A DNA stretch of 61,548 nt from Coriobacteriia bacterium (GTDB taxonomy: Bacteria > Actinomycetota > Coriobacteriia > Anaerosomatales > JAAXUF01): assembly GCA_031292615.1 (NCBI GenBank), contig JARLGT010000021.1:1-61548 (forward strand). Direction: 5' to 3'. The first letter of the stretch is position 1, and every line of letters begins with the position of its first letter. The position numbers were made by a program, and so were the translations under genes. The notes under the pieces were generated by a model, which had not been told where the DNA came from, made no database searches, and worked only from the letters and a program-made list of their open reading frames with translations. This document shows positions 27,897 through 37,675 of this stretch, piece by piece.

Positions 27897-27937
27897 GACG
27901 ACCTGCGAGCCTTCGAGAGCCGCACGCTGACACCGAG

Positions 27938-28894
27938 CTAGCCCTTCGACTTGTACGGCTTGCCGTCGGCTGCGGGCGCAACCGCCTTGCCCACGACACC
28001 GGCAAGCACAACGACCGTCAAGACGTAGGGCAGCATCAAGAAGAACTGCGGCGGGATCTTGATCACGTTGCTGAAGATCTGCAGCTTGATCTGGAGCGCA
28101 TCGGCAAAGCCGAAGAGCAGCGACGCGAGAAATCCGAAGCCGGGAATCCAACGTCCGAAGATCATCGCCGCAAGCGCAATGAAGCCTCGGCCGTTTGTCA
28201 TGTTCTCGGTAAAGCCACCCACCTGCTCCAGGGCGAGGTTCGCTCCGGCCAATCCCGCCATCGCACCCGAGATCAGCACGGCGATCCAGCGGCCGCGTAG
28301 CACGTTGATGCCCACGGTGTCGGCCGCGCGCGGGTGCTCGCCCAGCGCGCGAAGCCGCAGCCCCCAGCGCGTGCGGAACATCGCCCACGTCATGAAGACA
28401 GCGAAGAACATGCTGAAGTAGACGATGGGCGTGTAGCTGAACACGATCGTGTTGATCCACGTCCACGTCGTGCCCAGAACTCCCGGGCCACCCATAGGGA
28501 AGTTGAAGACCGGCGGAATCGTCGGCACCGGGTCGGTCGTCCCTGGGTGGCCGAAGATCGCCTCCATCAGGAAGCCGGTCACGCCCAGCGCCAGCAGATT
28601 GATCGCCGTACCTGAGACGATCTGATCGGCCCGCAGGTTGATCGACGCCCAAGCATGAAGCGCCGAGAACGCCATCGCGGCAAAGACTCCGCCAAAGACG
28701 CCAAGCCAGGTGTTGTGCGTGAAGATCGCGACAACTGTACCGAAGAAGGCTGAGACCAACATCAGCCCCTCGAGCGCGATGTTGACCACTCCTGAGCGCT
28801 CGCACACTGCGGCGCCCATCGCCGCTAGCGCGATTGGGGTAGAGAGCCTCACCGCAGCTGCAAAGAGATCGGGTGTGAGGATCTGCCACAACAT
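27938..28894 (-). CDS. ABC transporter permease (BMP/nucleoside uptake system, second permease)
   Basis: An inner-membrane permease (MLWQILTPDLFAAAVRLSTPIALAAMGA...). The real ATG at 28894 (GGGAG RBS) is 3 nt after the upstream permease stop; the 428-aa track ORF is read-through. Confidence 0.85.
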   Translation of the reverse strand: MLWQILTPDLFAAAVRLSTPIALAAMGAAVCERSGVVNIALEGLMLVSAFFGTVVAIFTHNTWLGVFGGVFAAMAFSALHAWASINLRADQIVSGTAINLLALGVTGFLMEAIFGHPGTTDPVPTIPPVFNFPMGGPGVLGTTWTWINTIVFSYTPIVYFSMFFAVFMTWAMFRTRWGLRLRALGEHPRAADTVGINVLRGRWIAVLISGAMAGLAGANLALEQVGGFTENMTNGRGFIALAAMIFGRWIPGFGFLASLLFGFADALQIKLQIFSNVIKIPPQFFLMLPYVLTVVVLAGVVGKAVAPAADGKPYKSKG

Positions 28895-28896
28895 GC

Positions 28897-30096
28897 TCAC
28901 GCTCCCACCCCCTTCCGCGCGCTGAACTTCTCGATCGACCATGTCACGATCGTCTCGGCGGCAATGGTGAAGATGATCACTGCCTGAATGATGTTGATGA
29001 CCTTCTGCGAGACGCCCGCCTCGAGCTGCATGGTTCCGGCACCGGCGTCGAGCGCCCCAAAGAGCAGCGCCGCCGCGATCACGCCGAGCGGGTTGTTCTT
29101 GGCTAGTAGCGCGACGGCGATGCCTGTGAAGCCGAAGTTGTTCGAGAAGTTGTCGAAAAGACGTCCGTAGACTCCCATCACCTCGACGGCTCCGGCGACT
29201 CCCGCCAGCGCACCCGAGATGCACAGCGACTTGATGATCGTCGAGCCCACGGAGATGCCTCCGGCTTGCGACGCGAACGGGTTGTAGCCAACTGCGCGGG
29301 CTTCGTAGCCCAGCGTGGTGTACTTCAGAACGGCCCAGATCACGACTGCGAATAGCACCGCGACCACGATTCCCAGATGTGCACGGCCCGTCCCCAAGAA
29401 CGGGATGATCGCCGAGAGCCTCGGCATCGAACTGCTGGGCGGCAGCTGCGCACTCTGCGGGATGCCGCTATTGTCGGCCAGCGGGCCTGTGACCAGCCAC
29501 GAGACCACGTACTTGCCGATGTAGGTGAACATCATGGTGGTGATGACTTCGTTGGCGCCGATGCGGACCTTCATGAGCGCCGGGATAAATGCCCAAGCGG
29601 CACCTGCCGCGGCGGCGGCGATGATGATCAACGGGATCGCGATAAACGTGGAGAGCCCGCCGAATGTGATGCCAAAGTAGGCGGCGGCCAGCCCGCCCAT
29701 GTACAGCTGGCCCTCAGCGCCAATGTTGAAGACGCCCGAGCGAAAGCCGTACGCCAGCGCCAGACCGGTAAAGATCAGCGGTGTGGTGCGCAGCAGCGTC
29801 TCGCCGATCGCTCGCGGCGTGCCAAAGGCTCCATAGAGCAGCGCCTGGAAGGCGGCAATCGGGTTTCCCCCTGTGGCCACGATGAACACAGAGCTGACCA
29901 GCACCGCAATCACGATCGAGATGAACGGCGTGATGGCCTTGATGACGCGCTGCATGCGCTCGCGCTGCATCGCGAAGTCCTTGTCGGCCGAGTCACCGGC
30001 CGGCGGTGGCACATCTCGCCCCTGACCCGGGGCTCGCAGCGCCGGCACGTTGTTGAGCGGGTTGGGCGACAGAGGCGTGTCGAAGCCGTCAGACAT
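28897..30096 (-). CDS. ABC transporter permease (first permease of the BMP-family nucleoside ABC system)
   Basis: A polytopic permease (ITPFISIVIAVLVSSVFIVATGG...). The probable start MSDGFDTP at 30096 overlaps the ATPase stop; the N-terminus is Pro-rich. Confidence 0.8.
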   Translation of the reverse strand: MSDGFDTPLSPNPLNNVPALRAPGQGRDVPPPAGDSADKDFAMQRERMQRVIKAITPFISIVIAVLVSSVFIVATGGNPIAAFQALLYGAFGTPRAIGETLLRTTPLIFTGLALAYGFRSGVFNIGAEGQLYMGGLAAAYFGITFGGLSTFIAIPLIIIAAAAAGAAWAFIPALMKVRIGANEVITTMMFTYIGKYVVSWLVTGPLADNSGIPQSAQLPPSSSMPRLSAIIPFLGTGRAHLGIVVAVLFAVVIWAVLKYTTLGYEARAVGYNPFASQAGGISVGSTIIKSLCISGALAGVAGAVEVMGVYGRLFDNFSNNFGFTGIAVALLAKNNPLGVIAAALLFGALDAGAGTMQLEAGVSQKVINIIQAVIIFTIAAETIVTWSIEKFSARKGVGA

Positions 30097-31717
30097 CCTG
30101 CTCACCCCCAACGTGGGCAGGCGTCGGCTCTTGAGCCGTCCCGATCGAACCGGCACGCTCTCCCTTGCCGCCGCCAGTCATGAAGTAGCCAAGCCGCTCC
30201 TCGGTGACGGTTCCGGACTCGAACTCGGCGACGATCTGGCCCTCGTACATGACCAAGATGCGGTCGGATAGCGACATGACCTCTTCGAGTTCCATGCTCA
30301 CGAGCAGGATCGCCTTGCCCCGCTCCCGCTCGCCAAGGATCTGCCGATGGACGAACTCGATCGCGCCGACGTCCAAGCCGCGCGTTGGCTGCGCTGCGAC
30401 CAGCACCTCCGGGTCGCGGCCGATCTCGCGCGCAACTACGAGCTTTTGCTGGTTGCCTCCCGAGAGGTTCTCGGCTGCGACACGTGGGCTGGGCGTGCGG
30501 ATGTCGTAGTCCCCTATTCGCCGCTCGGCCAGATCTGCCATGGCTTGACGGTTCAAGATCCCGAAATGCGACACCGGCTGCCGGCTTTGGTCACCGAGGA
30601 CAAGGTTCTCGGTGATGTCGAACTGCAGGATCAGCCCGCGCCGCTGACGATCTTCTGGGATGAAGGAGACGCCGGCGGCGATGCTGGCAGCGGGGTCGGA
30701 GTGTGTTATGTCTTTGCTCTTCAGCCGAATCGACCCGGAGTTGGCTCGCCTCAGGCCCACGATGCTCTCAACGAGCTCACGCTGCCCGTTACCGTCGACG
30801 CCGGCGATGCCGACGATCTCGCCCGCACGTACGTCGATCGAGACTCCGCGCACCGCCTCAAGCTTGCGGTCGTCAAAGACGTGCAAATCCGAGATCTGCA
30901 GGATCTTGTCGCCGGGGTTGGCTGGTGACTTGTCGATACGCAGCACGACGTCGCGTCCCACCATCATCTTGGCAAGCCCAGCCTCATCCGTGTCGGCCGG
31001 GCGCGTCTCACCTACGAGGCGACCCTGTCGCATGACCACGATGCGATCCGCAAATGCCATGACCTCGTCCAGCTTGTGCGTGATGATGACGACTGCAAGT
31101 CCCTCGTCAACCAGCTGGCGCACGATCGAGAAGAGCTCGACTACCTCCTGCGGCGTGAGGACGGCCGTGGGCTCGTCGAGAATCAGGAGACGGGCTTTGC
31201 GGTACAGCGCCTTTAAGATCTCGACGCGCTGCTGCATTCCTACCGAGAGGTCCATGACTCTGGCGTCGGGATCGACCGCCAGCCCGTAGCGTTCGGAGAT
31301 CTCTACGACCTTGCTGCGAGCCAGTTTGCGATCGACGATCCCGTACCGCGTGGGCTCAAGCCCAAGCACGATGTTCTCGGTCACCGTCAGCGGCTCGACC
31401 AGCATGAAGTGCTGGTGGACCATGCCGATCCCGAGGTCGATCGCTTGCTTGGGGCCCTTGATGCGAACCGCCTCGCCGGCCACGGCAATCGAGCCTTCCT
31501 CGGCATCGAGCAAGCCGTAGACGACGTTCATGAGCGTCGTCTTGCCGGCTCCGTTCTCGCCGAGCAACGCAACAACCTGCCCGCAGTAGACCGACAGCGA
31601 AACATCGTCGTCGGCCAGAACTCCCGGGAAGCGCTTCGTGATGTGCTCGAGCTGCAGGATTGGCGTGGTGGTCGAGGCGGCTGCGCCGACGCTCGCCGGC
31701 GCCCGGTCGTCTGACAT
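30089..31717 (-). CDS. ABC transporter ATP-binding protein with duplicated ATPase domains
   Basis: Two Walker A sites (GENGAGKTT and a second in the C-terminal half) and LSGGNQQK signatures make it a two-NBD fusion, typical of simple-sugar/nucleoside importers. Confidence 0.9.
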   Translation of the reverse strand: MSDDRAPASVGAAASTTTPILQLEHITKRFPGVLADDDVSLSVYCGQVVALLGENGAGKTTLMNVVYGLLDAEEGSIAVAGEAVRIKGPKQAIDLGIGMVHQHFMLVEPLTVTENIVLGLEPTRYGIVDRKLARSKVVEISERYGLAVDPDARVMDLSVGMQQRVEILKALYRKARLLILDEPTAVLTPQEVVELFSIVRQLVDEGLAVVIITHKLDEVMAFADRIVVMRQGRLVGETRPADTDEAGLAKMMVGRDVVLRIDKSPANPGDKILQISDLHVFDDRKLEAVRGVSIDVRAGEIVGIAGVDGNGQRELVESIVGLRRANSGSIRLKSKDITHSDPAASIAAGVSFIPEDRQRRGLILQFDITENLVLGDQSRQPVSHFGILNRQAMADLAERRIGDYDIRTPSPRVAAENLSGGNQQKLVVAREIGRDPEVLVAAQPTRGLDVGAIEFVHRQILGERERGKAILLVSMELEEVMSLSDRILVMYEGQIVAEFESGTVTEERLGYFMTGGGKGERAGSIGTAQEPTPAHVGGEQDV

Positions 31718-31735
31718 CTGGTCTCCTCACGCGTC

Positions 31736-31764
31736 GGGGGCGGCCGGCTCTGCCGACCGCCCCC
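31736..31764 (-). other. intercistronic GC-rich stem-loop between the substrate-binding protein gene and the ATPase gene
   Basis: GGGGGCGGCCGG pairs with CCGACCGCCCCC (12 bp with one G-U) around a 5-nt loop. There is no downstream U-tract, and the ATPase RBS GAGGAG follows. Confidence 0.4.
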
Positions 31765-31800
31765 GTTGTGTCACCTAGTCATGCGGCAGCGCAAAGTGAA

Positions 31801-32880
31801 CTACTGCGCAGGAGCCGTTGTGGGAACGGTGATCGTGCCAGCTGCGATGTCGGTCTTTGCCTTCTCGACAGCGGCCTTCACATCAGCGGGGATCTTGGCG
31901 TCCCAATCGTGGTAGGGGGCAAGGCCAACGCCGTCTTCCTTCAAGCCGTACAGGACGTCAGCGCCGCCCTGAAGCGTGCCCTCGGAAGCCTTCCGAACGG
32001 TGTCGAACACCGCGACGTCGACCTTCTTGACCGCAGAGGTCAGAATCGTGTCGCCGATGCCCGGAATCGTCAGGAACTGGTCGGCATCAACGCCAATGAA
32101 GATGGCCTTGTTGTCCTGACAGGCCTTTGCGGTGCCCAGGCCAGTCTGACCAGCGGCAGCAAAAACAATGTCCGCGCCCTGGTCGATGAGCGCCTTGCCG
32201 TCCTCGATACCCTTCTGCTGATCTGTGAACGAGCCGGCGTAGACGCTCTTGACTACGACAGCCGGGTTGGCAGCCTTGGCACCAGCGATGAATCCGGCCT
32301 GGTAGCGCTGCACGGGCGGAATATCCATGCCGCCGACGAAGCCCAAGATCGGCTTGTCGTTGATGCGAGAATCAACGTTGGGCATGGTGGTCAGCTTCGC
32401 GGCGAGGTAGCCGGCGAGGTACGCGCCTTCCTGCTCCTTGAAGTTGATACCGACGACGTTCTTGATCGGCGGGCTGAACGACTCATCGATGCCGCCGAAG
32501 GTAACGTCCGGATAAGCGGTCGAAAGCTTGGAGACGGTGTCTGTCATCAGGAAGCCGACGGCGAAGATCGGGCTGTATCCGGCGTTTGCGAGGTTGGTGA
32601 TGTTACTCTCGTAGTCGGTCGGTGCCTTGGACTCGAGAACCTTGATGTCGACGCCCAACTTGGCCTTTGCCTCCTGCAGACCCGCGTAACTCAGGTCGTT
32701 GAAGGACTTGTCGCCCAAGCCACCGATGTCGGTGACCATTGCGGTCTTGAGAGTTGCCTTTGCTGGTGTGCTCGTGCTACCCGACGATGCGGGCGTGCTA
32801 CTCGAACAACCGGCCACGACCGCGACCATGAGCATCGCAACGAGCGCTGCCCCGCCGTACTTGAGCCACTTGGATCTCAC
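31801..32880 (-). CDS. BMP-family (PnrA-like) ABC transporter substrate-binding lipoprotein
   Basis: The GTG start is preceded by GGAGGAGGAGGAG. The signal peptide has a lipobox (VAGCSS), and BMP-family motifs follow (KSFNDLSYAGL...GYSPIFAVGF...). Confidence 0.85.
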   Translation of the reverse strand: MRSKWLKYGGAALVAMLMVAVVAGCSSSTPASSGSTSTPAKATLKTAMVTDIGGLGDKSFNDLSYAGLQEAKAKLGVDIKVLESKAPTDYESNITNLANAGYSPIFAVGFLMTDTVSKLSTAYPDVTFGGIDESFSPPIKNVVGINFKEQEGAYLAGYLAAKLTTMPNVDSRINDKPILGFVGGMDIPPVQRYQAGFIAGAKAANPAVVVKSVYAGSFTDQQKGIEDGKALIDQGADIVFAAAGQTGLGTAKACQDNKAIFIGVDADQFLTIPGIGDTILTSAVKKVDVAVFDTVRKASEGTLQGGADVLYGLKEDGVGLAPYHDWDAKIPADVKAAVEKAKTDIAAGTITVPTTAPAQ

Positions 32881-32990
32881 GTAAGCTCCTCCTCCTCCAG
32901 ACAGTGTGATTCCTCCCGCCATTCATTCTAGACCTTTGGCCCTGAGTATTGTCAGCCGCTCTGGGCCTCCCCGGGCACCTGCTAGGACTG

Positions 32991-33896
32991 CTAGCGAAGT
33001 CGCGCCCGTGGGTGTGTTGTCAGGTATTCCTCCCGAACATGGCGCCGGTCAACGTGGGTGTAGACCTGCGTCGTCGAGATGTCGGCGTGCCCCAGCATCT
33101 CCTGCAGCGCGCGCAGGTCGGCACCCCCTTCGAGCAGGTGTGTGGCGAACGAATGCCGAAGCGTATGGGGATGCAGTTCGAGCCCGACTCGGCGCCCGTA
33201 CTTGCGCACCATCGAGAAGACGGCCTGCCGAGACAGCCGCCCTCCCCTCGCGTTGAGGTACACCGCCGAAGAGTCAACTCCGCGAAGCGACGACTTGGGT
33301 CGCAGGTAGCGCCTGCCGTCGCGCAAGTATGCGTCCAGCGCGTGCGTCGCCATGCCGGCAATCGGCACGAGTCGCTCCTTGCCGCCCTTGCCAAAGACGC
33401 GGATGTAGCCCTGTTTCAGGTCCAGATCGGTGAGGTCCAAGCCGGTCAGCTCGCTGACACGCATGCCCGTGCCGTAGAGGGTCTCGAGGATGGCGCGGTC
33501 CCGGAGCCCCGCTGGGCCGTCGGGGAACGGCTGACTGAGCAGCGCGTCGACCTGCTCGATCGACACTACTTCAGGCAGGCGCTCGGGGACTTTGGGCAGC
33601 GGCAGGCGGGCCGTCGGGTGGTTCTCGGTGATGCCCTCTCGGACTAGGAACTTGTGTAGCCCTTTGACGGCCGAGACATGCCGCTCGACTGTCGATGGCG
33701 CCAGACCGCGCATGCGCAGGTCGGCCACGTAGCCGGTCACGTCGTCGCGTGTCACATCCACGAGTTGGCCCACGCCTCGCGCCTCGAGGTACGCCACGTA
33801 GTCGCTCAGATCGCGCCCGTAGGCGTCGATCGTGTGCTGCGAGGCGCCCCGCTCGACGGCGAGGTGTCCAAGGTACTCTGCGACAAGACTGTTCAC
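32991..33896 (-). CDS. xerD: tyrosine site-specific recombinase XerD
   Basis: An N-terminal SAM-like domain is followed by catalytic R...HxxR...Y (LRHSFATHLLEGGADLRALQEMLGHADISTTQVYTHV). It has a GTG start. Confidence 0.85.
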   Translation of the reverse strand: MNSLVAEYLGHLAVERGASQHTIDAYGRDLSDYVAYLEARGVGQLVDVTRDDVTGYVADLRMRGLAPSTVERHVSAVKGLHKFLVREGITENHPTARLPLPKVPERLPEVVSIEQVDALLSQPFPDGPAGLRDRAILETLYGTGMRVSELTGLDLTDLDLKQGYIRVFGKGGKERLVPIAGMATHALDAYLRDGRRYLRPKSSLRGVDSSAVYLNARGGRLSRQAVFSMVRKYGRRVGLELHPHTLRHSFATHLLEGGADLRALQEMLGHADISTTQVYTHVDRRHVREEYLTTHPRARLR

Positions 33897-33944
33897 ACGT
33901 CCGAGTATAGGTCGTCGGGACCCCGCGCTCCGCGCCGATGCGGC

Positions 33945-33989
33945 ATCGAAACGAGCGAGACCCCCGAGGCTACGTACCTCGGGGGTCTC
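33945..33989 (-). terminator. rho-independent terminator after the flotillin-like gene
   Basis: A 13-bp perfect stem, GAGACCCCCGAGG (33957-69) pairing with CCTCGGGGGTCTC (33977-89), has a 7-nt loop. On the minus transcript it is followed by GCUCGUUUCG. Confidence 0.5.
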
Positions 33990-34007
33990 GGCGGATCGCT
34001 TGCAGAG

Positions 34008-36206
34008 CTAGATCGCGCTGTCGGTGCTGGGTGGAGCTGTCGGCGGCTCGGCCGGTGGCGGCGTCACTTTGGGCGCAGGTGCTGCCGCCGGGGTGGGCGC
34101 CGGGGTCGCCGGGGTCGCAGGCTTGGCAGCACTCGGGTTCCTGACCGCGGTCCCTGTCGAGGTCATTTGATCGCGAATGGAAGCCTTGATCGCCCTGACG
34201 GCACCGGCCTGCTCGGGGTCGGACTCGGTGAGAGGTCCGGTGGCCTGGAGCTTCTCGGTGGACAGGAGCGTCATGAGCAGGTTGAAGGCGTTGGCGCCAC
34301 CGCCCCCCTCTCCCTCGCCGCCCGATCCGCCACCCATCTCGACGTATGTGCTCGGCACGATCGGGATCCCGGCGGCCTGGATCGCCGCGGAGAGCTTGGT
34401 CATGACGTCTTGGATGAGCTGGAGCTGCGGCCCGCCATAGGCGCGTACCTGCTCCTCGATGGCGATTGCTCGGCCAATGCCGACGCGGGCCTCACGGTCT
34501 GCATCCGCCTCGGCGGTCAGCTTGATGCGGGTTGCCTCGCCCGAGGCGAGCAGCTTCACGCGCTCGGCGTCTGCGCCAGCCAGCGTCTTGACGCGCTCGG
34601 CGTCTTGCTGTGCGCGCTGGAGTTCGGCTCGGCCGGAGTTCTCCTGGACCTGGATGTTGATCTCTGACTGCGTGAGCATCGTCTGCTGCTCGGCGATGGC
34701 CATGGCCTGCTTGAGCTCGCGTTCCTTGTCGGCAGCGATGCGCTGCTTCTCAAACGTCTCGAGCTTCTCGAACGCAACCTGACGGTCGCGGAGCTGCGTC
34801 AGGATCTGCTCGATGCGGGTGTCGCCTTCAGGCGAGCGCGGCGTGCCGATCAGCACCTCTTCGAGCTCGAGGTTGTAGTGCGCGAACTTCTCCTTCATGT
34901 CGACGCTGGACTGCGTCTGGATGTCGCTACGCTGCTGGATCAGCTCGATGAGCGTCTTGGTCTGTCCGATGTTCTTGAAGTACGCCGAGACCATCGGGTC
35001 GAGTGTCTGGTTCACGAGCATCTTGATGTCGCCGAAACGCTGGATGACGAGAGGCGCCTTCTTGTAGTCGATGTGAATGACCACCGAGAGCGGAAGCCGC
35101 GGCTCAAAGGCGTCCTTGGTGATCAGTTCGATCTCGGAGAGGTTCTCGTCGTAGCTGTGCGAGCCAACCTCGGACTGGATCCACTTCAGGATGATGTTGG
35201 TAGTCGGCACCATGCTGACCGAACCGGCGTAGGTGTTGAACGCGTACTTGCCAGGCATGAGCGGCTCGCTCCACACGCCGCGGTTGCCGTTAGCCACGAG
35301 TTCGCCGTGGCGATACTCCTCGCCCGACATATCCTCGCCCTTGGGGCCGTAGTAGCTCACGACCACCCCCGCGTAGCCCACCGGAACGATGATCTTGTTG
35401 ATCAGCTCGACGGTCGCGAACAGGCGGTTGATGAAGTACGTACCTTCGGTCAGCACCATGTACTGGCGACCACGGTAACCGCCCGCGGCAAGGAACGCCT
35501 CTGGGTCTTGGAAGTTGTTGTGGTAGTTGGGGTCGCCCTGCTTGTCGCCGACAGCCGGAGCGATGATGTCGCCCATTGGCAGTGACGGACCGTCGTTGAC
35601 CGTGATGATGCCGGTCTTGTCGTCGGCGCCCTTGATCACGATCGGGCTGAAGCCATCGACCGAGTTGAGGTGCTGCGCCATCGCCTGGATGGTGCCCTGC
35701 TCGGCAGCGGCGCCCATCGGCAGGTAGTAGATGCGCGAGTCGGTGATGATGATGAACTGCGCGAGGTTGAAGGCGTACGTACCTTCACGCAGGATCTGGC
35801 GTTGCGGACCGCGCTGGCCGCCCGCGTCCATGAACGCGCGCACGTCTTGGAACGTGTTGCCCTTCACGACCTTGCCCAGTGTCTGGCCCGGAGTGAGCGG
35901 AACGCCGTCACGCGCGAACACGTAGCCGATCTTGCCCTGCGAGATCGTAACGAGCGGCATGACGTGGACCTTGTACATGAGCGGCGAGCGGAAGTGGATT
36001 CCGCCTCGCAACACGTAGGGCTGGTAGCCGGCCTCGCCGTGCAAGGAGATGATCGCGTCCTTCAGCGAGCCCCTTGGGCTCCACCACTTCTCGACCACGC
36101 CCACCTTGTCGCTCGGGATAACACGCAGTCCGAGGATCCACAGCGCGACGATGAAAACAACGAGCAGCACCACTACGAGCGTGAATCCCCCGAATAGAAC
36201 AGGCAC
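34008..36206 (-). CDS. SPFH/band-7 flotillin-like membrane protein (733 aa)
   Basis: A GTG start at 36206 and an N-terminal TM segment (LFGGFTLVVVLLVVFIVALWIL) lead into an SPFH domain. This is followed by a long heptad coiled coil (...ELKQAMAIAEQQTMLTQSEINIQVQENSGRAELQRAQQDAERVK...) and a Pro/Ala-rich tail. The 881-aa track ORF is an extension. Confidence 0.75.
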   Translation of the reverse strand: MPVLFGGFTLVVVLLVVFIVALWILGLRVIPSDKVGVVEKWWSPRGSLKDAIISLHGEAGYQPYVLRGGIHFRSPLMYKVHVMPLVTISQGKIGYVFARDGVPLTPGQTLGKVVKGNTFQDVRAFMDAGGQRGPQRQILREGTYAFNLAQFIIITDSRIYYLPMGAAAEQGTIQAMAQHLNSVDGFSPIVIKGADDKTGIITVNDGPSLPMGDIIAPAVGDKQGDPNYHNNFQDPEAFLAAGGYRGRQYMVLTEGTYFINRLFATVELINKIIVPVGYAGVVVSYYGPKGEDMSGEEYRHGELVANGNRGVWSEPLMPGKYAFNTYAGSVSMVPTTNIILKWIQSEVGSHSYDENLSEIELITKDAFEPRLPLSVVIHIDYKKAPLVIQRFGDIKMLVNQTLDPMVSAYFKNIGQTKTLIELIQQRSDIQTQSSVDMKEKFAHYNLELEEVLIGTPRSPEGDTRIEQILTQLRDRQVAFEKLETFEKQRIAADKERELKQAMAIAEQQTMLTQSEINIQVQENSGRAELQRAQQDAERVKTLAGADAERVKLLASGEATRIKLTAEADADREARVGIGRAIAIEEQVRAYGGPQLQLIQDVMTKLSAAIQAAGIPIVPSTYVEMGGGSGGEGEGGGGANAFNLLMTLLSTEKLQATGPLTESDPEQAGAVRAIKASIRDQMTSTGTAVRNPSAAKPATPATPAPTPAAAPAPKVTPPPAEPPTAPPSTDSAI

Positions 36207-36284
36207 GTTCCTCCCCCTTACGGAGCTCGACAATCGCTGGAGTTTTCTTCCACCGCCAGCATCGCTGCTAACAGCTTCGCCGCG

Positions 36285-36326
36285 TGTATCGCCAAACGCA
36301 AGCGGCCACCCGAGTGGGTGGCCGCC
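36285..36326 (-). terminator. rho-independent terminator after ald
   Basis: A 10-bp perfect stem, GCGGCCACCC (36302-11) pairing with GGGTGGCCGC (36316-25), has a GAGT loop. On the minus transcript it is followed by UUGCGUUUGG. Confidence 0.5.
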
Positions 36327-36355
36327 GTAGGTGCGATTGCCGTGCGAGGTGAGTG

Positions 36356-37471
36356 CTAGGCGATGAGCGACGCCAGATCGACGTAGTCCATTCCGTGAGC
36401 GTCGGCGACGCCCTTGTAGGTGATCTTGCCGTCGAGCACGTTGACGCCCTTGGCCAGTGCGGCATCGTCGGCGACAGCCTGCTTCCAGCCCTTGTCGGCG
36501 ATGGCCAGACCGTAGCGCAGCGTGGCGTTGGTCAGTGCAAGCGTGGACGTATTGGGCACCGCACCCGGCATGTTGGCCACGCCGTAGTGCAGGACGCCGT
36601 CGACGAAGTAGGTCGGCTCGGCGTGCGTGGTCGCATGCGTGGTCTCGATGCAACCACCCTGGTCAACCGAGACGTCGACGATGACGGAGCCCGGCTTCAT
36701 GTGCGGCAGATCTTCCTTGGTGACAAGCCACGGAGTCTTGGCGCCTGGCAGCAGGACGGAGCCGATGACGAGATCGGCAGCGTAGACCTGCTCCTTGATG
36801 TTGTGCTTGTTGCTGTACACCGTGCGAACGCTGTTTCCCCAGATGTCGTCGAGGTAGCGAAGACGATCGATGTTGACGTCCATGACGGTGACGTCCGCGC
36901 CCATGCCCTTGGCAACGTAGGCAGCGTTCGTGCCGACAACGCCGGCGCCGAGGACGACGACCTTGGCCGGCCAGACGCCGGGGACGCCGCCCATGAGAAC
37001 GCCACGGCCGCCGAACGGCTTCTGCAGATAGGTCGCGCCCACCTGAGCCGCCATGCGGCCGGCAACCTCAGACATCGGGGCGAGCAGCGGAAGCGTGTGG
37101 TTCGGAAGCTCAACGGTCTCATACGCGATGCAGACAGCGCCAGAGCCGATCAGACCAACGGTCTGCTCGTAGTCGGGAGCAAGGTGCAGGTACGTGTAGA
37201 GAATCTGGCCCGGACGCAGCTTCGCGATCTCGACCGGCTGCGGCTCCTTGACCTTGATGACCATGTCGGCCTGGGCAAACACCTCGTCCGCCGTGTCGAC
37301 CAGCTGGGCGCCGGCGGCGGAGTACTCGGCGTCGGTGAATGAAGAGCCGACGCCGGCACTCTTCTGAATCAGGACCGTATGGCCGTGGACGACGAACTCG
37401 TGGGCGCCCGCGGGGGTCATGCCGACTCGGAACTCATTGTTCTTGATCTCTGAGGGAACTCCGACGATCAC
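36356..37471 (-). CDS. ald: alanine dehydrogenase
   Basis: MIVGVPSEIKNNEFRVGMTPAG...VLGAGVVGTNAAYVAKGMGADVTVMDVN is the AlaDH/PNT signature. Confidence 0.9.
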   Translation of the reverse strand: MIVGVPSEIKNNEFRVGMTPAGAHEFVVHGHTVLIQKSAGVGSSFTDAEYSAAGAQLVDTADEVFAQADMVIKVKEPQPVEIAKLRPGQILYTYLHLAPDYEQTVGLIGSGAVCIAYETVELPNHTLPLLAPMSEVAGRMAAQVGATYLQKPFGGRGVLMGGVPGVWPAKVVVLGAGVVGTNAAYVAKGMGADVTVMDVNIDRLRYLDDIWGNSVRTVYSNKHNIKEQVYAADLVIGSVLLPGAKTPWLVTKEDLPHMKPGSVIVDVSVDQGGCIETTHATTHAEPTYFVDGVLHYGVANMPGAVPNTSTLALTNATLRYGLAIADKGWKQAVADDAALAKGVNVLDGKITYKGVADAHGMDYVDLASLIA

Positions 37472-37675
37472 GTGCGCACTCCCTTTCGTGGTTGGCGATC
37501 CTGCTGCCGAGGATTGATCGGCGATGTTTAGACTCGGGCCGTCGTGGCCCCAAAACGTGACTCAGTGTACGCTTTCCACGCATAGGTTCAAGGTCGTTTT
37601 GCATATCGAGCAAGCTTGGCGCGGGAGTCGTACAATCGATATGGCATATTGTTGGCGATAGGCCGAGGGGGCCAG

